A DNA stretch of 29,401 nucleotides. Origin: a virus. Its lineage: Duplodnaviria; Caudoviricetes. Shown one piece after another: positions 8,992 through 17,787 of this stretch (its first letter is position 1; each line of letters begins with the position of its first letter). The position numbers were made by a program, and so were the translations under genes. A model generated the notes under the pieces. That model had not been told where the DNA came from. It was given only the letters and a program-made list of their open reading frames with translations, and searched no databases. Location: the IMG/VR virus record IMGVR_UViG_3300020045_003673, positions 1-29,401 of that record; one strand, given 5' to 3'.

Positions 8992-9012
8992 AACTAAATA
9001 GCGCACTAAACC

Positions 9013-9023
9013 TGCGCTACAAT
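9013..9023 (+). promoter_or_regulatory. phage promoter motif TGCGCTACAAT
   Basis: Followed by TCAACAATCAACAACCAAGGA and ATG 9056. Confidence 0.65.
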
Positions 9024-9055
9024 AAATACTCAACAATCAACAACCAAGGACAAAA

Positions 9056-9223
9056 ATGAACGGATGTAACAACAACTGCAATCAAGGACGAGACTGCGTA
9101 TGTGACATAGACAAGCAAGAATCAAGTTTAATTGTTGGAATATGCATTGACTTGGTGCTTGCTGTCTTAGGCGCTGGATTGATAACGGCTTCGGTGGCTT
9201 ACTACATAGGGTTTCGGTTATGA
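9056..9223 (+). CDS. small Cys-rich membrane protein
   Basis: Manual translation MNGCNNNCNQGRDCVC...LVLAVLGAGLITASVAYYIGFRL; AAGGA RBS; ATGA overlap with the next gene. Confidence 0.7.
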   Translation: MNGCNNNCNQGRDCVCDIDKQESSLIVGICIDLVLAVLGAGLITASVAYYIGFRL

Positions 9224-9786
9224 AAAATCAGAATGAATCACTTGACGAATCAGACTTTGAATATATGCAAGCTGAGCGCGATGTCTGGAAGGCGCGATAT
9301 GAGTTTGCTTGTGCTGATCGTAAAAAACTACTGTCAGACAACGCTGGACTAGTTAAAAATCAAGAGTCAAACACTGCTGCGTTTTTAGCTATGCGGGAAG
9401 AGAGGGATGCGCTTTTGGCTGCTATAAAACGCGAGGAAGCGCAGAGTGTAAAGCAAGTATCAATTGGCGACTTGCAAGATAAGTGCTGCGCGGCTCTTAA
9501 GCGTTATAAGAAAGAACCAACTGACAAGCGTGCTTCGCTGATTGATGAGCTGCGTGATATGGCAACAGATGATGACTACCGAGAACTTAACGCTAAGCTT
9601 ATCCGTGCTTCCGACATGCTGGCTGCTGATGTGCAAGAGATTGCGCGGCTTGAGGCGCAGGTAGGCGACTGGACGCGCGCTTATCAGGCTGCTTATCGTG
9701 AGGCGACTGCGGCGACGGTAAAGTGCTTCAAGTTGGAGGCGCAGCAAGTGGCAGTGCCGCAGCCACCCCAAGGAGTAAAGCCATGA
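9220..9786 (+). CDS. hypothetical coiled-coil protein
   Basis: 188-aa ORF, coupled to both neighbours. Confidence 0.7.
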   Translation: MKNQNESLDESDFEYMQAERDVWKARYEFACADRKKLLSDNAGLVKNQESNTAAFLAMREERDALLAAIKREEAQSVKQVSIGDLQDKCCAALKRYKKEPTDKRASLIDELRDMATDDDYRELNAKLIRASDMLAADVQEIARLEAQVGDWTRAYQAAYREATAATVKCFKLEAQQVAVPQPPQGVKP

Positions 9787-10442
9787 ACATTAGATTTTTA
9801 GAGCATTTTGGATCATGGGGAAGACACTTTGGTTTCGTAGTGTTCACCACCCCTCCGAGTGGCATCCCCATAGTTGGCCGACATAACCCGCTTACAGCCT
9901 TTATTCGGAAGTGCAGCGCAGAAAACACGAGCTGCCTGAGCGAGGGCGTTGCCGAGATTAGACCCTGCGAAAGTCTACCTAAAGACAATTGTGTGTACTT
10001 CTGCGATGTGTCTCAGGTGTTCCTGACAGAACAGGAGGCTAAACAACACCTAGCTGAATCAGTTCAGCACAGCCTAAACAGCTCTCAGAAAGTGGCCGCC
10101 TTTGAGCTTGCAGAGCAAGCAAGGCTTACCGCGCTTTTATCAAGCCTTATGGAGCCTGCTGCCGCCCCACAGTCACAACAAGCTGAGCCGCCACGGGTGC
10201 CAAGTAAATGCCCAAAATGCAACGTGGCGTGGAGTGTGAGAGAGCGACAAGAGATGCGAAGTGCAGGCACGGAATCTTGTATGTGCGGGTACTCCAAAAC
10301 ACTTACTGATGCTCTGGTTCCGATGACTGAGCGAGAGAGAGACGCTGCATGGATAGCCGCAACTATTGAACTTCCGTCACAAGAAAACTGCTACAAGCGC
10401 GGGTTGGTCGATTCTGAAGCCCACCACGGGATCAAGCCATGA
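9783..10442 (+). CDS. hypothetical mosaic protein with a CxxC segment
   Basis: Start moved to ATG 9783 (AGGAG RBS, ATGA overlap). Confidence 0.7.
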   Translation: MNIRFLEHFGSWGRHFGFVVFTTPPSGIPIVGRHNPLTAFIRKCSAENTSCLSEGVAEIRPCESLPKDNCVYFCDVSQVFLTEQEAKQHLAESVQHSLNSSQKVAAFELAEQARLTALLSSLMEPAAAPQSQQAEPPRVPSKCPKCNVAWSVRERQEMRSAGTESCMCGYSKTLTDALVPMTERERDAAWIAATIELPSQENCYKRGLVDSEAHHGIKP

Positions 10443-10576
10443 CTGCTACAGACTACTTTATGCTTCTTGGTGCCATCTACATCTCCCACGAAACAAAGCC
10501 AATCATCCGCACCGGTGTCGGTCTTTTGTCCATAGTTATTGGTGAAGCGCTTGGCCTGCTTGGGGTGAAGCCATGA
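10439..10576 (+). CDS. small hydrophobic 45-aa protein
   Basis: Manual translation MTATDYFMLLGAIYISH...LGLLGVKP; ATGA overlaps on both sides. Confidence 0.6.
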   Translation: MTATDYFMLLGAIYISHETKPIIRTGVGLLSIVIGEALGLLGVKP

Positions 10577-10815
10577 AGCAACTTTTACAAGATGCACTCG
10601 ACTGCGTCACAACAGACGTTACCCGTTCGGCTATCCGGCAAACGACGAGCAAGCTTCGTGCCGCGATTGATGCCCCTGAGCAAAAGCCTTACGGATGGAT
10701 GATGCAAGGAAGAAACCAAGTATTCAAAGGTGAGTTTGCAGAACTTGACGCCAAGTCAGAAGCTAAACGACGCGGTGGAACTTGCTACGCTTATCCTATT
10801 TATACAAAGCCATGA
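10573..10815 (+). CDS. hypothetical protein
   Basis: 80-aa ORF with ATGA coupling. Confidence 0.7.
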   Translation: MKQLLQDALDCVTTDVTRSAIRQTTSKLRAAIDAPEQKPYGWMMQGRNQVFKGEFAELDAKSEAKRRGGTCYAYPIYTKP

Positions 10816-11246
10816 GCAAATACCTACAAATCGCCAAAGCCATCGCACAACTAAGCAAAGACACAACAAAAGTCGGAGCCGTGATTATTGGAAAAGACGG
10901 AAGCGGTGGCCCGTGGGGATATAACGGAGCACCTAGAAAATGCAACGCTGACGAAGATGAGCGCAAAGAGAGGCCAGAGAAATACTTTTGGTTTGAGCAC
11001 GCAGAACGTAACGCCATTTACGCAGCGGCAAAAGCTGGGTTTTCAACCAATGGAACCACTTTGGTAGTAACTCACCCGCCGTGCATTGACTGTGCAAGGG
11101 CCATCGTTCAGGCTGGGATTGTGCGTGTTATAGCGGCTAATGCTGAAGCTGAATTTACAGCTAGGTGGCTAGAAAGCACGGTTAGAACTAAGCGCCTGTT
11201 TGATGAATGCTGGATTGAATTTGAGATTATTGGAGAATCAACATGA
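10812..11246 (+). CDS. dCMP deaminase (cytidine/deoxycytidylate deaminase family)
   Basis: KVGAVI, GYNG, HAERNAI and PCIDC Zn motifs; start at ATG 10812. Confidence 0.92.
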   Translation: MSKYLQIAKAIAQLSKDTTKVGAVIIGKDGSGGPWGYNGAPRKCNADEDERKERPEKYFWFEHAERNAIYAAAKAGFSTNGTTLVVTHPPCIDCARAIVQAGIVRVIAANAEAEFTARWLESTVRTKRLFDECWIEFEIIGEST

Positions 11247-11449
11247 CTGATAGAGAAGCGTTTGAGGATTGGTGTAACGAGTTCAATTTGAGTAAGTCGC
11301 CATTAAGCCCTGTTTTGTGGAGAGCTTGGAAAGCATCCCGTAAACAGGCGCTTGAAGAGGCTGCAATTGAATTTGATAAACGAGCTTTTCCAGACTCAGG
11401 ATGGTACGAAGTAAATGAACCAGCAAAAATAATCAGGAACATGAAATGA
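11243..11449 (+). CDS. hypothetical protein
   Basis: REAFEDW...AWKA motif typical of small phage proteins; ATGA coupling. Confidence 0.7.
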   Translation: MTDREAFEDWCNEFNLSKSPLSPVLWRAWKASRKQALEEAAIEFDKRAFPDSGWYEVNEPAKIIRNMK

Positions 11450-12096
11450 ACACAAAACTAATCTGGGCAACGCCCGATGCTGACAAGCTTATAGCCTACA
11501 TTGCGCGGGTGTCTAACCCTGCCAATCAAGACAACGAATCAATCACTGGTTTGTTGAAATACATGATGCAACACAATCACGTAAGCCCGTTTGAAATGGC
11601 TAGCGCGTGCATTGAGATAACGACTACCCGCGACATTGGTCGTCAGATTTTGCGTCATCGTAGCTTTTCGTTTCAAGAGTTTAGCCAACGATATGCCAAT
11701 ACGAACGATCTACCCGACGCACCATTGCGCGAATGCCGCTTGCAAGACACGGTTAACCGCCAGAACTCAATCGAACTAAAACCGTTTGAAAACGAAGGCA
11801 TTCAGCGGTGGTGGGATGAAACTCAGATCAGCATTTTGGATTATTCAGAACGTGCTTACGACATGGCTATCAAGTCAGGTATAGCCAAAGAACAAGCCAG
11901 AGCTTTGTTGCCTGAAGGATTGACGACAAGCCGCATGTATATGAGTGGAACGCTTCGAAGTTGGATTCACTACCTACAGTCACGGCTTGACCCGTCAACC
12001 CAAAAAGAACACCGCGCTATTGCACAACAAGTTTTAGAGCAATTGCGATCAGTCGCACCAGTGACGATTAACGCATTCTTCCAGGTGATTCCATGA
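11446..12096 (+). CDS. thyX: FAD-dependent thymidylate synthase
   Basis: HVSPFE, signature RHRSFSFQEFSQRY, EQARALLP, TQKEHR. Confidence 0.96.
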   Translation: MNTKLIWATPDADKLIAYIARVSNPANQDNESITGLLKYMMQHNHVSPFEMASACIEITTTRDIGRQILRHRSFSFQEFSQRYANTNDLPDAPLRECRLQDTVNRQNSIELKPFENEGIQRWWDETQISILDYSERAYDMAIKSGIAKEQARALLPEGLTTSRMYMSGTLRSWIHYLQSRLDPSTQKEHRAIAQQVLEQLRSVAPVTINAFFQVIP

Positions 12097-12347
12097 CCTG
12101 CCAACACAACGCCCAATCCTGCGTCTTAGAGACACGGCGTGACAATCCAACGACTATCTACCGGGTCAGGCTGTGCAACTGCTGTTACCAAAAGTACGTC
12201 ACAGTAGAGACTATCTTTGATGGTGAAATGCCAAAGCATAAGCGCGACTACAAATCCGAAAGACTGAAACGCGAAGCACAAAAAGAAAAAGTGATGACAA
12301 TCGCAAGTTCTGCAAAAAATATTACAAGCGTTTGGAAAAACACCTAG
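12093..12347 (+). CDS. NrdR N-terminal-like Zn-ribbon protein (no ATP cone)
   Basis: VLETR...IYRVRLCNCC..KYVTVE resembles NrdR VIDSR...IRRRRECxxCxxRFTTFE. Confidence 0.65.
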   Translation: MTCQHNAQSCVLETRRDNPTTIYRVRLCNCCYQKYVTVETIFDGEMPKHKRDYKSERLKREAQKEKVMTIASSAKNITSVWKNT

Positions 12348-12351
12348 TAAT

Positions 12352-12362
12352 TGCGCTACACT
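12352..12362 (+). promoter_or_regulatory. phage promoter motif TGCGCTACACT
   Basis: Upstream of the Sak4 gene. Confidence 0.6.
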
Positions 12363-12420
12363 TAGACCATGCCACGAACTGACCGTCAGACGGTGGCTAA
12401 TTCAACAGATAGGAACCATC

Positions 12421-13161
12421 ATGGCTATTGACTTAAGCTCTATCAAGAAGGGTAAAAACCTTCGTCCACCTCGTATTTTCCTTTACTCTACGCACGGAAT
12501 TGGAAAATCAACCTTCGCAAGCCAAGCACCTAACCCTATCTTCATTTGCGCTGAAGACGGCTTAGACGCCTTGGATGTGGCGCATTTTCCAATCGCCACA
12601 AGTAGCGCGGACGTAATGGAAATGATCCAGACGCTTTACACCGAGGAACACGAATACCAGACCGTAGCACTCGATACCGTGGACTGGCTTGAGAACCTGC
12701 TTAACAGCGAGATTGAAGCAGAGCATGACGCTAAAGAACTAGCTTATGGCCGTGCTGCAATGTATCTGGCAAACAAGTGGCGCGAAATTCTAGACGGTTT
12801 TAACGCCTTGCGTAATGATAAAGGTATGAACGTCATCCTCATTGGTCACAGTGAGATTAAGCGATTCGACAGCCCCGAGGTTGACAGCTACGACCGTTAC
12901 CAACCAAAGCTTCAAACACGATCAAGCGCCATCATTCAAGAATGGGCAGACTGTGTTTTCTTTGCAAATTACAAGACGGTCGTCAAGAAAGAGGACTTAG
13001 GATTCAACAAAGAGCGCGGACGGGCTATTTCAAATGGTGAGCGCATGATTTTCACGCAAGAAAAGCCCGCTTATTTGGCCAAGAACCGATACAGCTTGCC
13101 TGATAGCTTTTCTCTGAATTGGAATTCTTTTAATGATGCAATGATTAAGGCGGTTGTATGA
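12421..13161 (+). CDS. AAA_24 ATPase, Sak4-like ssDNA annealing protein
   Basis: HGIGKST, ALDTVDWLE, LIGH and AKNRY motifs. Confidence 0.88.
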   Translation: MAIDLSSIKKGKNLRPPRIFLYSTHGIGKSTFASQAPNPIFICAEDGLDALDVAHFPIATSSADVMEMIQTLYTEEHEYQTVALDTVDWLENLLNSEIEAEHDAKELAYGRAAMYLANKWREILDGFNALRNDKGMNVILIGHSEIKRFDSPEVDSYDRYQPKLQTRSSAIIQEWADCVFFANYKTVVKKEDLGFNKERGRAISNGERMIFTQEKPAYLAKNRYSLPDSFSLNWNSFNDAMIKAVV

Positions 13162-13367
13162 GCAAGATTGAAACAGGTGTCCCAGCGTTTCCCGGTGTAG
13201 ACGTGGATGGTGAGCCATATACAGGTATGACCCTGCGCGATTACTTTGCAGCGAAGGCGATGCAAGCAATGCTATCAAGTCCAAACTGCCCCATGAAAGT
13301 TGATAATTCAGAGCTTGCAAAGATTTCGTATGAAGTGGCAGACGCCATGCTAGAGGCTCGCAAATGA
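13158..13367 (+). CDS. conserved phage hypothetical protein
   Basis: PAFP...GMTLRDYFAAKAMQ...ADAMLEAR family. Confidence 0.85.
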   Translation: MSKIETGVPAFPGVDVDGEPYTGMTLRDYFAAKAMQAMLSSPNCPMKVDNSELAKISYEVADAMLEARK

Positions 13368-13549
13368 AAACAAGTAGAAAATGGATTGTAATTAAAGCAA
13401 CTGGAGGATGCACATTTGTTGAAAAAGGAAGTAAAAGATTTCCGTTTTATTTTGATGAAAGTTCATGTGCATATTCATTGGCTGATTTTTTAAACAAACT
13501 TGATTCTGATATTGAATCATTAAAAAAGAAAATTAATAAACTCAAATGA
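13364..13549 (+). CDS. hypothetical AT-rich small protein
   Basis: ATGA overlaps on both sides. Confidence 0.6.
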   Translation: MKTSRKWIVIKATGGCTFVEKGSKRFPFYFDESSCAYSLADFLNKLDSDIESLKKKINKLK

Positions 13550-13935
13550 ACACCTCAGAACTATCAAAACTATGGCTTAAAGCCAAGTCAGACGAACACG
13601 AAGCGCAAGAACGCCGCCGATCTATTGAGGACCAACTAAGCGAAGCTTTGAAGGTTGACGACCGCTTGGACGCCGTGCAAACGACTAAACTAGACGACTT
13701 TACTGTAAAAGTTACAACCCGCTTAAATCGCAAGGTTGACGCTGATCTGGTTCAGGAAATTGCAAGCGAAAACGACATGGGCGCTTATTTATCTCAGTTG
13801 TTTCGCTGGAAACCTGACATCAATCTGACTGCATGGAAAAATGCACCGAAAGAAGTAACTCAACAGCTCTCAAAAGCTATCACCACCACGGCTTCACGGC
13901 CATCATTTTCAATCACTACTGTTAACAAGGAATAA
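13546..13935 (+). CDS. conserved hypothetical protein of the Sak4/SSB module
   Basis: 129 aa with N-terminal coiled coil, LFRWKP and PSFSI; lies just before the SSB. Confidence 0.75.
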   Translation: MNTSELSKLWLKAKSDEHEAQERRRSIEDQLSEALKVDDRLDAVQTTKLDDFTVKVTTRLNRKVDADLVQEIASENDMGAYLSQLFRWKPDINLTAWKNAPKEVTQQLSKAITTTASRPSFSITTVNKE

Positions 13936-13940
13936 ATCAA

Positions 13941-14483
13941 ATGGCACACATCGGAATGAGTTTTACGGACGAAGACCTGCAATCCACTGGCGACGGTGAC
14001 TTTTCACCACTGCCAGCCGGTGAATACAGCGTCACAATCGATGGCGCAGACTTGAAACAAACCAAGGCGGGAGACGGTACATACATCAATCTGAAGATGA
14101 TTGTTGATGGCCCGACTCACATGGGGCGTATTGTGTTTTCGATTTTGAACATTCAAAACCCAAGCCAAAAATCCGAGGCTATTGGCCGCGGCCAGTTGGG
14201 TGACATTCTGCGTATTTTGGGGATTCAGGCGGCTACGTTTGAAGATACAGATCAGCTTTTAGGCGGTCAAATGCTGGTTAAATTGGTAGTTAAAGATGCC
14301 GTATATGAAACCGATGATCGCGGTAACAAGGTGGAAAAATACAAAGCCGGAAACGATGTAAAGGCATACAAGCCACTGACAGTCGGCAGTCCAGCCCCTG
14401 CGCCACGTCAAGCAGCGCAAGCACCACAACGACAGGCTACGGCGGCACCTGCAAAATCTGCACCTCCTTGGGCAAAACGCTGA
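13941..14483 (+). CDS. single-stranded DNA-binding protein, DUF669 family
   Basis: FSPLPAGEY start; Pro/Ala linker ending APPWAKR; AAGGA RBS. Confidence 0.85.
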   Translation: MAHIGMSFTDEDLQSTGDGDFSPLPAGEYSVTIDGADLKQTKAGDGTYINLKMIVDGPTHMGRIVFSILNIQNPSQKSEAIGRGQLGDILRILGIQAATFEDTDQLLGGQMLVKLVVKDAVYETDDRGNKVEKYKAGNDVKAYKPLTVGSPAPAPRQAAQAPQRQATAAPAKSAPPWAKR

Positions 14484-14487
14484 TTTT

Positions 14488-14498
14488 TGAGCTACAAT
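14488..14498 (+). promoter_or_regulatory. phage promoter motif TGAGCTACAAT
   Basis: Upstream of the SNF2 helicase gene. Confidence 0.6.
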
Positions 14499-14501
14499 AA
14501 G

Positions 14502-14524
14502 AAACCCGCTTAGGTGGGTTTTTT
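14502..14524 (+). terminator. rho-independent terminator after ssb
   Basis: AAACCCGC-TTAG-GTGGGTTT followed by more T. Confidence 0.7.
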
Positions 14525-14544
14525 CAACAACAAAAAGGATTGTT

Positions 14545-15927
14545 ATGAGTTATGCCGACTTCATAAAAAACAAAACACATACTACGGGCAACTTCGGATT
14601 TGAGCCAATTTGGATGCCTGAATCAGCGTTTGATTTTCAGCAACACATTATCACGAAGGCACTACGAAAAGGCCGTATCGGGGTGTTTGCTGACACCGGA
14701 CTAGGAAAGACATTAATCAGCATTACGCTTGCTGAAAACATCATCCGCAAGACTAATAAGCGCGTTTTGATTCTCACGCCTTTGGCTGTGGCTTTCCAGT
14801 TTATCAAAGAAGCTGAGCGAATTGGAGTAGATGACATAGAGCACAGCAAAGACGGAAAGTTTACAAAAAACATTGTTGTATGCAACTATGAACGTTTGCA
14901 CCTGTTAAACCCTGACGACTTCGTTTGCGTCATTCTTGACGAATCAGGGATTTTGAAGAACTTCGCCGGTAAAACCCGTGACGCTATCGTGGCATTTATC
15001 AAGCGCGTGCCGTATCGCTTTTTGAGTACAGCCACACCTAGCCCGAATGATTTTATTGAGCTTGGCAATAGCTCTGAGGCCCTTGGATATATGGGCTATA
15101 TGGACATGCTAACCAAGTTCTTTAAGTCGAACCAGAACAGCGCAGACAGCAACAATCGCAACATTGGCGAGAAGTTCTACCTAAAGCCTCACGCAGAACG
15201 TGACTTTTTCGCATGGGTAAACCAGTGGTCAATCATGGTGAAAAAACCGTCAGACCTAGGATTTAGCGACTCAAATTATGAGTTGCCAGCATTGCACCTT
15301 AATAAGCACATGGTGCATAACAGCAACACATGGTGCATAGACGATCAGGCTTCACTGTTTGCCATGCCTGCAAAATCCATGACAGAGGTGCGCGAGGAAC
15401 AGAAACTCACAGTCAAAGAACGATGCGAAAAAGCCGTGCAACTGGCAGACGGTAAAACATCGGTTTATTGGTGTAACCTGAATGACGAAAGCGCGTTACT
15501 GTCAGATCTTGACCGTGATGCTGTAGAGATCATTGGTGGCATGTCTATCGACAAGAAAGAAGACATCTTAGTCTCGTTTGCTAAAGGCGACATCAAGCGC
15601 CTGATTACCAAAGCCCGGATGACTTCGATGGGCCTCAATTGGCAGCATTGCAATCACACCGTGTTTTTTCCAACGTGGAGTTATGAACAATATTACCAAT
15701 CAATCCGACGTTTTTGGCGCTTTGGCCAGAAAAGCGAGGTAGTATGCGACATGGTTATCAGCGAAGGCCAAGAGCGTGTTTTAGAAGCTTTGGAGCAAAA
15801 GACGCAAAAGGCAATTGAGCTTTACTCAAACCTTGTAGAAGCTGCAAACCGTGATTTCAGCTTCACTAAAAAAGAGTTTCAAAATAACGGTTCATTGCCA
15901 TCGTTTTTAAACAAAGGCATCGTATAA
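14545..15927 (+). CDS. SNF2-like (SF2) helicase/ATPase
   Basis: DTGLGKT, ILDES, TATP, GLNWQ and QSIRRFWRFGQ motifs. Confidence 0.88.
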   Translation: MSYADFIKNKTHTTGNFGFEPIWMPESAFDFQQHIITKALRKGRIGVFADTGLGKTLISITLAENIIRKTNKRVLILTPLAVAFQFIKEAERIGVDDIEHSKDGKFTKNIVVCNYERLHLLNPDDFVCVILDESGILKNFAGKTRDAIVAFIKRVPYRFLSTATPSPNDFIELGNSSEALGYMGYMDMLTKFFKSNQNSADSNNRNIGEKFYLKPHAERDFFAWVNQWSIMVKKPSDLGFSDSNYELPALHLNKHMVHNSNTWCIDDQASLFAMPAKSMTEVREEQKLTVKERCEKAVQLADGKTSVYWCNLNDESALLSDLDRDAVEIIGGMSIDKKEDILVSFAKGDIKRLITKARMTSMGLNWQHCNHTVFFPTWSYEQYYQSIRRFWRFGQKSEVVCDMVISEGQERVLEALEQKTQKAIELYSNLVEAANRDFSFTKKEFQNNGSLPSFLNKGIV

Positions 15928-15952
15928 TACAAACTCCACAATGGAGTAGAAG

Positions 15953-16693
15953 ATGCCAAAAGAATTAGTAAGCTGCTGCAAATGCGGCTTAGAAATAAGT
16001 CGATGGAAAATAAACCCATCGACAAAAATGCCAATTAAAAACTTTTTTTGTGGTCACAAGTGCAAAGGTCAGTGGCAAATTGAACAAAGGGAGTCACTTG
16101 GATTCACAAAAGAATGGCTGATAGATCAATACATCACGCAAGGAAAAGACGCTAACCAAATAGCACGAGAAGTTAACCGTGATGGTAAAAGTGTTTGGAA
16201 TTGGCTGTCAAATTATGGAATACAGACAAGACCAAGGGGACACGATACAAGCCATCTTCCAAAAGATGGAAGCAATTGGATTGGTCGAAAACACAAAGAA
16301 GAATCAAGGGAAAAAATAAAACAAGCAAGCCTGAAAGATGGAAGAGTTCCATATTTAAAAAATGGTGGTCACTGGCTTAAAGGCGTTGAAAAGGAAATGC
16401 ACCCAAACTGGAAAGGCGGGTTTACACCAGAAAGACAAGCATTCTACGCATCTGAAGAATGGTCAAACTCTGTAAAAGCAATATGGAAAAGAGATAACGC
16501 TATTTGCCAAAAATGCGGAGTAAGTCACAACACAAGAGATAAGCGCGGAACATTTCACATTCACCACATAGTTTCATTTATGGTTAGTGAGTTAAGGTCT
16601 GAAATTTCTAATTTAGTTTTACTTTGCAAAGAATGTCATTTATTCATTCATAGCAAAAAAAATACAACCAAAGAATTTATCAAGGAAATATAA
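15953..16693 (+). CDS. free-standing HNH homing endonuclease
   Basis: C-terminal RDNAICQKC...HIHHI...NLVLLCKECH; N-terminal CxxC and NUMOD3-like GRKHKEESREKI; AT-rich. Confidence 0.9.
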   Translation: MPKELVSCCKCGLEISRWKINPSTKMPIKNFFCGHKCKGQWQIEQRESLGFTKEWLIDQYITQGKDANQIAREVNRDGKSVWNWLSNYGIQTRPRGHDTSHLPKDGSNWIGRKHKEESREKIKQASLKDGRVPYLKNGGHWLKGVEKEMHPNWKGGFTPERQAFYASEEWSNSVKAIWKRDNAICQKCGVSHNTRDKRGTFHIHHIVSFMVSELRSEISNLVLLCKECHLFIHSKKNTTKEFIKEI

Positions 16694-16694
16694 A

Positions 16695-17741
16695 ATGTTA
16701 ACAAAACAAGAAGTCCACACGCCAGAATATAGTTTGTATTGCTCTGATTGCATGGAGGTTTTACCAAGTATTCCAAGTGAGTCTATTGACTTAATTCTGT
16801 ACTCTCCTCCGTTTGCGGGTTTATATAATTATTCAAGCAGCGAGCGTGATTTCAGCAACTGCGAAAACAAAGAACAATTTTTAGAGCAGTATGAGTTTCT
16901 TATCTCTGAAATGGCGCGAGTGACAAAGCCGGGCCGGGTAAACGCAGTCCACTGTACTGACGTTTTCGACAACTCATGCCGCCTTTGGGACTTACCGCAC
17001 GAGATCATTCGACTGCATGAAAAATACGGATTCCAGTACCGAAATCGAATCACGATATGGAAAGAGCCGCTCAAAGTGCGTATGCGGACAATGGTTAAAA
17101 GCCTTATGCATAAACTGATTGTCGAAGACTCTACACAGTGCTTCACGGCCATGCCTGACTATGTATTGGTGTTCACTAAGAAAGGCGACAACGCCGTGCC
17201 TGTGACGCATCCAAGCGGTTTAAAACGGTATGCTGGCGAGACGCCAATCCTGCCTAACATTTTGCGTGCATTCAACAATGCCAATGAATCAAAGTTTAAC
17301 GAGGATGAATTGTGGGAATATTTGAACAATACATTCCACGACCACAAAGACCCGAAGAGCAACAAACTGTCTCACTACATTTGGCAGCGTTATGCGTCAA
17401 GCGTATGGGATGACATTCGTATCGACAATGTTTTGCCGTTCCGTGACGCACGCGAAGAGGACGACGAGAAACACGTTCACGCCCTACAGCTTGATGTGAT
17501 TGACCGCTTGGTTGACTTGTATAGCAATGCTGGAGAAGTCGTTCTTACACCGTTTATGGGCGTTGGTAGCGAGGTTTACAGCCCTGTATCAATGGGCCGC
17601 AAAGCCATCGGAATTGAGCTAAAAGACAGCTACTTCAAGCAAGCAAAAATCAACCTATCGCTTGCATCCAAGCGGTTTGAAGGTGAAAACAATTTCAAGC
17701 AAGAATCAATGTTTGCGTCAGAACCTGACTTAATGGATTAA
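16695..17741 (+). CDS. DNA amino-methyltransferase (beta class, N4-C or N6-A)
   Basis: Motif IV YSPPF near the N-terminus; motif I TPFMGVGS and GIELK near the C-terminus. Confidence 0.9.
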   Translation: MLTKQEVHTPEYSLYCSDCMEVLPSIPSESIDLILYSPPFAGLYNYSSSERDFSNCENKEQFLEQYEFLISEMARVTKPGRVNAVHCTDVFDNSCRLWDLPHEIIRLHEKYGFQYRNRITIWKEPLKVRMRTMVKSLMHKLIVEDSTQCFTAMPDYVLVFTKKGDNAVPVTHPSGLKRYAGETPILPNILRAFNNANESKFNEDELWEYLNNTFHDHKDPKSNKLSHYIWQRYASSVWDDIRIDNVLPFRDAREEDDEKHVHALQLDVIDRLVDLYSNAGEVVLTPFMGVGSEVYSPVSMGRKAIGIELKDSYFKQAKINLSLASKRFEGENNFKQESMFASEPDLMD

Positions 17742-17747
17742 GATAAC

Positions 17748-17773
17748 AAGCCCGCCCAATCAGCGGGTTTTTT
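17748..17773 (+). terminator. rho-independent terminator
   Basis: AAGCCCGC-CCAATCA-GCGGGTT followed by a T tract. Confidence 0.7.
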
Positions 17774-17787
17774 AACAAAGCAAAACA

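Noticed and set aside
15928-16694. Group I intron or intein carrying the HNH
   Set aside because: Only 25 nt and 1 nt of flanking non-coding sequence, and both neighbours look complete with their own start and stop.
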